Origin: Gloeobacterales cyanobacterium
Lineage (GTDB): Bacteria; Cyanobacteriota; Cyanobacteriia; Gloeobacterales; PMM-0068
Direction of reading: 5' to 3'
DNA: 21,579 nucleotides
Assembly (NCBI GenBank): GCA_038245785.1
Contig: JBBRSB010000045.1
Location: forward strand, 1 to 21,579
Under the pieces are notes generated by a model. The model was not told the origin of the DNA. It made no database searches and saw nothing but the letters and a program-made list of their open reading frames with translations. The position numbers were made by a program, and so were the translations under genes. This document shows, piece by piece, positions 17,418 to 21,579 of this stretch. Positions within the stretch are counted from its first letter, which is position 1. Every line of letters starts with the position of its first letter.

Positions 17418-20066
17418 ATGACTGAAGAAGGGAAGAGATTAGAAACCGATCGTTTGCGTCAAACCTATTGGCAGCAGTGGGGTCCCTATCTGAGCGAACG
17501 CCAGTGGGGAACGGTGCGCGAAGACTACAGCGCTACAGGGGAAGCCTGGGACTATTTCCCCCATGACCAAGCCCGTTCTCGCGCCTACCGCTGGGGCGAG
17601 GATGGGATTGCAGGTATTTCCGATAACCATCAGCGCCTCTGTTTTGCCATCGCTCTCTGGAATGGAGAAGATCCGATTCTCAAAGAACGTCTGTTCGGTC
17701 TAACGGGCCGTGAGGGCAATCATGGGGAGGACGTTAAAGAGTACTACTTTTACCTCGACAATACGCCCACCCATTCCTATATGAAGTGCCTGTACAAATA
17801 TCCTCAGCGGGCCTTTCCCTATACACAGCTGGTTGAAGAAAATCGGCGTCGAGATAAGCTAGCACCAGAATTTGAATTGCTCGATACAGGCGTGTTTGCA
17901 GAGAACCGTTATTTTGACGTGCTTGTGGAATATGCCAAAGCTTCTCCCACCGATATCCTGGTTCAGGTCAAGGTAACGAATCGAGGACCAGAAACCAAAA
18001 CACTGCATCTGCTACCGACTCTTTGGTTCCGCAATACCTGGTCTTGGGCTCCCCACACCCCTAAACCCTTACTCAAGGTAAGCAGTGCAGACCCATGTAC
18101 TATCGAAGCGCAACATCCAACCTTAGAAAACTGGTGGCTTTACTGTGAGAACAGTCCAGAACTGCTATTTACCGAGAATGAAACCAACTCCGAGCGACTC
18201 TTTGGAGTCCAGAACGCTTCTCCCTATGTAAAAGATGGGTTTAATCGCTATTTAGTGGAAGGCGTCAAAGAGGCTGTTAACTCCCATCTGATCGGCACCA
18301 AGGCTGCAGCCCATTATCAGCTATCCGTCGGAGCGGGCGAAACCAGCATCGTCAAGCTACGGCTGTGTCAAGTTGCGAATTTGAATCAGCCCTTCGGCTC
18401 TGAATTTGAAACGATTTGGCAGCAACGTCAGCAAGAAGCCGACGAGTTTTACCAACAGCTCTCTCCCTTCGTCCTCTCAAAAGACATGCGCAATGTGCAA
18501 CGACAAGCCTTTGCGGGCATGCTCTGGAGCAAACAGTTCTATAACTATGTGGTTGAGGAATGGCTTGAGGGAGATCCCGCCGGTCCTCCCCCTAAGCGTC
18601 AATTTCAGCGCAATCAGGAATGGACACATCTATATAACGATGACATTCTCTCGATGCCGGATAAGTGGGAGTATCCCTGGTTTGCGGCTTGGGACTTAGC
18701 TTTCCATACGATTCCCCTGGCGATGATTGATCCAGAATTTGCAAAGCGCCAACTCGACCGCTTAACGCGGGAATGGTACATGCATCCTAATGGTCAACTC
18801 CCTGCCTATGAATGGGCCTTTAGCGATGTGAATCCGCCTGTTCATGCCTGGGCTGCTTGGCGTATCTATCAAATTGAACAAAAAATGTATGGTCGTGCCG
18901 ATAGACACTTTCTAGAAAGGGTGTTTCAAAAGCTGCTCCTCAACTTCACCTGGTGGGTGAATCGCAAAGATGCGCAAGGGAATAACGTCTTCCAAGGCGG
19001 TTTTTTGGGCCTGGACAACATTGGTGTATTTGACCGCAGTAAAGAACTGCCTACCGGAGGCTATCTCAATCAAGCAGACGGCACCAGTTGGATGGCTATG
19101 TACTGTTTGAATATGCTGACGATTGCTTTAGAATTGGCAAAATATAACTCAACTTATGAAGATATTGCCAGTAAGTTCTTCGAGCATTTTCTTTATATTG
19201 CAGATGCCATGAATGGAATTGGCAAGACCGAAATCGACTTGTGGGACGAGGAAGATGGCTTTTACTACGATGCCTTATTTCTACCCAGTGGAAAGCATTT
19301 TCCGATGAAGGTGCGTTCTATGGTTGGTTTGATTCCCCTATTCGCCGTGACAACCTTGGAACCAGAAACATTAAGAATGCTACCTAATTTCAAACGACGT
19401 ATGGAATGGTTCATCCATAATCGTCCTGACCTAAAAGAAAACGTGGCTTGTATGGAAACGCCTGGGGTGGGAGCACGGCGCTTACTGGCTATCGCCTATC
19501 GGGAAAAGCTGCGACGCATCTTACATAAGTTACTGGATGAAAATGAATTCCTCAGTCCTTATGGCATCCGCTCTTTGTCCAAATTTCACGCAGAGCATCC
19601 CTACATTCTGGCAATTAATAGCCATGAATACCGCGTTGATTATGAACCAGCCGAGTCCACTACGGGATTATTTGGTGGCAACTCCAACTGGCGGGGACCG
19701 GTTTGGTTTCCCGTTAACTATCTGATTATTGAATCTCTACAAAAGTTTCATTACTACCTGGACGATGATTTCAAAGTGGAATGCCCAACAGGTTCTGGTC
19801 AAATGATGAATCTATGGGAAGTTGCTGCAGAGTTGTCAAAACGATTGACTCAACTTTTTTTGCAAGATGAGTCAAAAAGACGACCTGTGTATGGCGGCCT
19901 CGAAACCTTCCAAACGGATCCCCATTGGCAAGAGCTAATCCTATTCCATGAGTATTTTCATGGGGAAAATGGTGCAGGTCTTGGGGCCAATCATCAAACA
20001 GGCTGGACAGGGGTAGTAGCCAAGCTAATACAGCAATACGGAGAATACTCTGGTCAAAATGCATAA
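17418..20066 (+). CDS. MGH1-like/GH63 glycoside hydrolase (glucosidase)
   Basis: [45 protein letters not shown] and [11 protein letters not shown]. Confidence 0.88.
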   Translation: MTEEGKRLETDRLRQTYWQQWGPYLSERQWGTVREDYSATGEAWDYFPHDQARSRAYRWGEDGIAGISDNHQRLCFAIALWNGEDPILKERLFGLTGREGNHGEDVKEYYFYLDNTPTHSYMKCLYKYPQRAFPYTQLVEENRRRDKLAPEFELLDTGVFAENRYFDVLVEYAKASPTDILVQVKVTNRGPETKTLHLLPTLWFRNTWSWAPHTPKPLLKVSSADPCTIEAQHPTLENWWLYCENSPELLFTENETNSERLFGVQNASPYVKDGFNRYLVEGVKEAVNSHLIGTKAAAHYQLSVGAGETSIVKLRLCQVANLNQPFGSEFETIWQQRQQEADEFYQQLSPFVLSKDMRNVQRQAFAGMLWSKQFYNYVVEEWLEGDPAGPPPKRQFQRNQEWTHLYNDDILSMPDKWEYPWFAAWDLAFHTIPLAMIDPEFAKRQLDRLTREWYMHPNGQLPAYEWAFSDVNPPVHAWAAWRIYQIEQKMYGRADRHFLERVFQKLLLNFTWWVNRKDAQGNNVFQGGFLGLDNIGVFDRSKELPTGGYLNQADGTSWMAMYCLNMLTIALELAKYNSTYEDIASKFFEHFLYIADAMNGIGKTEIDLWDEEDGFYYDALFLPSGKHFPMKVRSMVGLIPLFAVTTLEPETLRMLPNFKRRMEWFIHNRPDLKENVACMETPGVGARRLLAIAYREKLRRILHKLLDENEFLSPYGIRSLSKFHAEHPYILAINSHEYRVDYEPAESTTGLFGGNSNWRGPVWFPVNYLIIESLQKFHYYLDDDFKVECPTGSGQMMNLWEVAAELSKRLTQLFLQDESKRRPVYGGLETFQTDPHWQELILFHEYFHGENGAGLGANHQTGWTGVVAKLIQQYGEYSGQNA

Positions 20067-20116
20067 CGGACCGTGCATAGATGTTAGAGTCCCGTGCAGC
20101 GAACCAGTATCCTAGG

Positions 20117-21286
20117 ATGATGCTTCCTACCCTCATTCTAAAAAATCAAAAGCCTTATCGTCGATTTCACCCTTGGGTTTTCGCCGGTGAAGTGGCGCAA
20201 GACCCTGGAGCGGAACCTGGTGCCCTTGTGGAAATCCACGACCATAACCGCAAATTTCGGGGCATTGGCTTTTACAATCCCAACTCTCAAATCCGGGTGC
20301 GCTTTCTTACCAGAGAACATCAAACAATTGACCGGGGATGGTGGTATGACCGTCTGGAGCGGGCTTTGGTCTATCGTCAGCGATTTGTTCACAATACCAA
20401 CGCTTATCGCTGGGTGCACGGAGAAGCCGATGGCCTGCCCGGTTTGACGGTGGACCGCTATGGAGCTTATTTAGTTGTCCAGTTTTTAGCTATGGGATTG
20501 GAGCCCTGGAGAGAAGTCATTCTCGACGCCCTGGGACAGTTGGGGTCCGCGAAAGGTATTTACGAGCGGTCCGATGCGCCCGTACGCGCCCTGGAAGGAC
20601 TGGAAGAAAAAGCGGGATTGCTGCGCGGAGAAATGCCACCTGAGTTGATCGAAATCCAGGAGGGCCCGACACGTCTTTTAGTCGATGTGGTCCACGGTCA
20701 AAAAACAGGATTTTTCTTAGACCAGCGTGATAATCGGGCCTTAGTTAGCCGATTTGCCAAAGGCCGCGATGTACTTAATTGCTTCGCCTACACGGGCGGC
20801 TTCAGTGTCCATGCAGGGGTGGGGGGAGCAAAATCCTTACTCTCGGTAGAAATTTCAGAACCTGCTGCTCAGCTATGTGATCAAAATGTAGCCCTCAATA
20901 GAATCTCCAATCACTTGACGATCACCGCCAATGCCTTTGACCTCCTGCGAGAGTTCAATCGGGAAGGACGCTCTTTCGATATGGTCATTCTCGATCCGCC
21001 CGCCTTTGCCAAAAGTAGAGGCGCATTAGAAGGAGCTATCAAGGGTTATAAGGAAATCAACCTGCGCGCTTTACGCTTATTGACACCAGGAGGTATCTTA
21101 GTCACCTGTTCCTGCTCTGCCCCTGTGGACCTGCGCACCTTCAGAGAAACCCTCGCCTATGCTGCACAAGACGCAGGTAAAACCGTCCGTATTTTCGAAG
21201 AGCGAGGAGCCAGTGCAGACCATGCCCCTCTCCTCGGTGTTCCTGAGACGGAATATCTCAAATGCGTGGTAGCGACGGTGATGTAA
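20117..21286 (+). CDS. RlmI-like class I SAM-dependent rRNA m5C methyltransferase
   Basis: PUA-like HPWVF, HGEADGLPGL, GQKTGFFLDQR, ILDPPAF and TCSCS. The start could alternatively be 20081. Confidence 0.9.
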   Translation: MMLPTLILKNQKPYRRFHPWVFAGEVAQDPGAEPGALVEIHDHNRKFRGIGFYNPNSQIRVRFLTREHQTIDRGWWYDRLERALVYRQRFVHNTNAYRWVHGEADGLPGLTVDRYGAYLVVQFLAMGLEPWREVILDALGQLGSAKGIYERSDAPVRALEGLEEKAGLLRGEMPPELIEIQEGPTRLLVDVVHGQKTGFFLDQRDNRALVSRFAKGRDVLNCFAYTGGFSVHAGVGGAKSLLSVEISEPAAQLCDQNVALNRISNHLTITANAFDLLREFNREGRSFDMVILDPPAFAKSRGALEGAIKGYKEINLRALRLLTPGGILVTCSCSAPVDLRTFRETLAYAAQDAGKTVRIFEERGASADHAPLLGVPETEYLKCVVATVM

Positions 21287-21300
21287 CCCCGCAGAGACTG

Positions 21301-21579
21301 AGCGACTGTGTTGAGAGTCAAGGGCTTGAATCCTTAAATCCCCGCTTCTGCCAACTCAGCCGTCTTCCACAACTCTCCATGTTTGACCATGGCATTGAGT
21401 ATCGTCACCAACTTGCGCATCCAAGCCACTATCGCTACTTTCTTCGCCTTCCCCTTGCCTACCAAATGCAGGGCAGCGCCGGTAGGGCGAAAGGCAACGT
21501 CGAGATGAGCTTTAGTGGCCCCTGAGCCGTGTCGAAGGGCTACATCAATCCCGACCCAAATTTGGCTCATGGCTAGATC
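21301..21579 (-). mobile_element. Internally deleted, non-autonomous IS110 derivative
   Basis: ORF 21570-21334 joins a transposase N-terminus (WVGIDVA..KAHLDVA) in frame to the extreme C-terminus (GKAKKVAIVAWMRKLVTILNAM). The end reads TTGACTCTCAACACAGTCGCT. Confidence 0.8.
21515..21543. repeat. Short palindromic repeat-like insertion (CCCTGAGCCGTGTCGAAGGG) inside the IS110 remnant
   Basis: About 8 extra codons (LRHGSGAT) interrupt the usual DVA-KAHLD motif. The flanks form an imperfect inverted repeat. Confidence 0.55.

Noticed and set aside
21262..21525. 87-aa plus ORF
   Set aside because: Antisense to the IS110 remnant.
1..21579. Composite transposon bounded by the two IS110 sequences
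   Set aside because: The two elements are dissimilar and enclose housekeeping genes. More likely the contig simply breaks at repeated IS copies.

Overview
Probably cyanobacterial DNA, judged from DUF3143 next to a J-domain gene, an HLR1-like box and HIP1 octamers. IS110-family sequence lies at both ends. The left ~8.7 kb is an accessory island: an IS110 transposase inserted into the hsdM of a decayed minus-strand type I restriction-modification locus ordered hsdR - yhcG/DUF1016 - hsdS - broken TA pair - hsdS 3' remnant - intact antitoxin/PIN pair - hsdM. An attC-like hairpin and an HNH fragment lie upstream of hsdR. hsdR, hsdS and hsdM are all pseudogenes, while yhcG and one TA pair are intact. 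yhcG contains two 30-bp repeats whose palindromic cores differ only by one compensatory base pair. The right ~12.7 kb looks like core genome: glgB, a small orphan ORF, ribF, DUF3143, J-domain protein, lnt, a phd/vapC TA pair, GMC oxidoreductase, GH63/MGH1-like glucosidase and an RlmI-like methyltransferase. It ends in an internally deleted IS110 derivative. All family assignments come from motifs recognised by eye; no searches were run.
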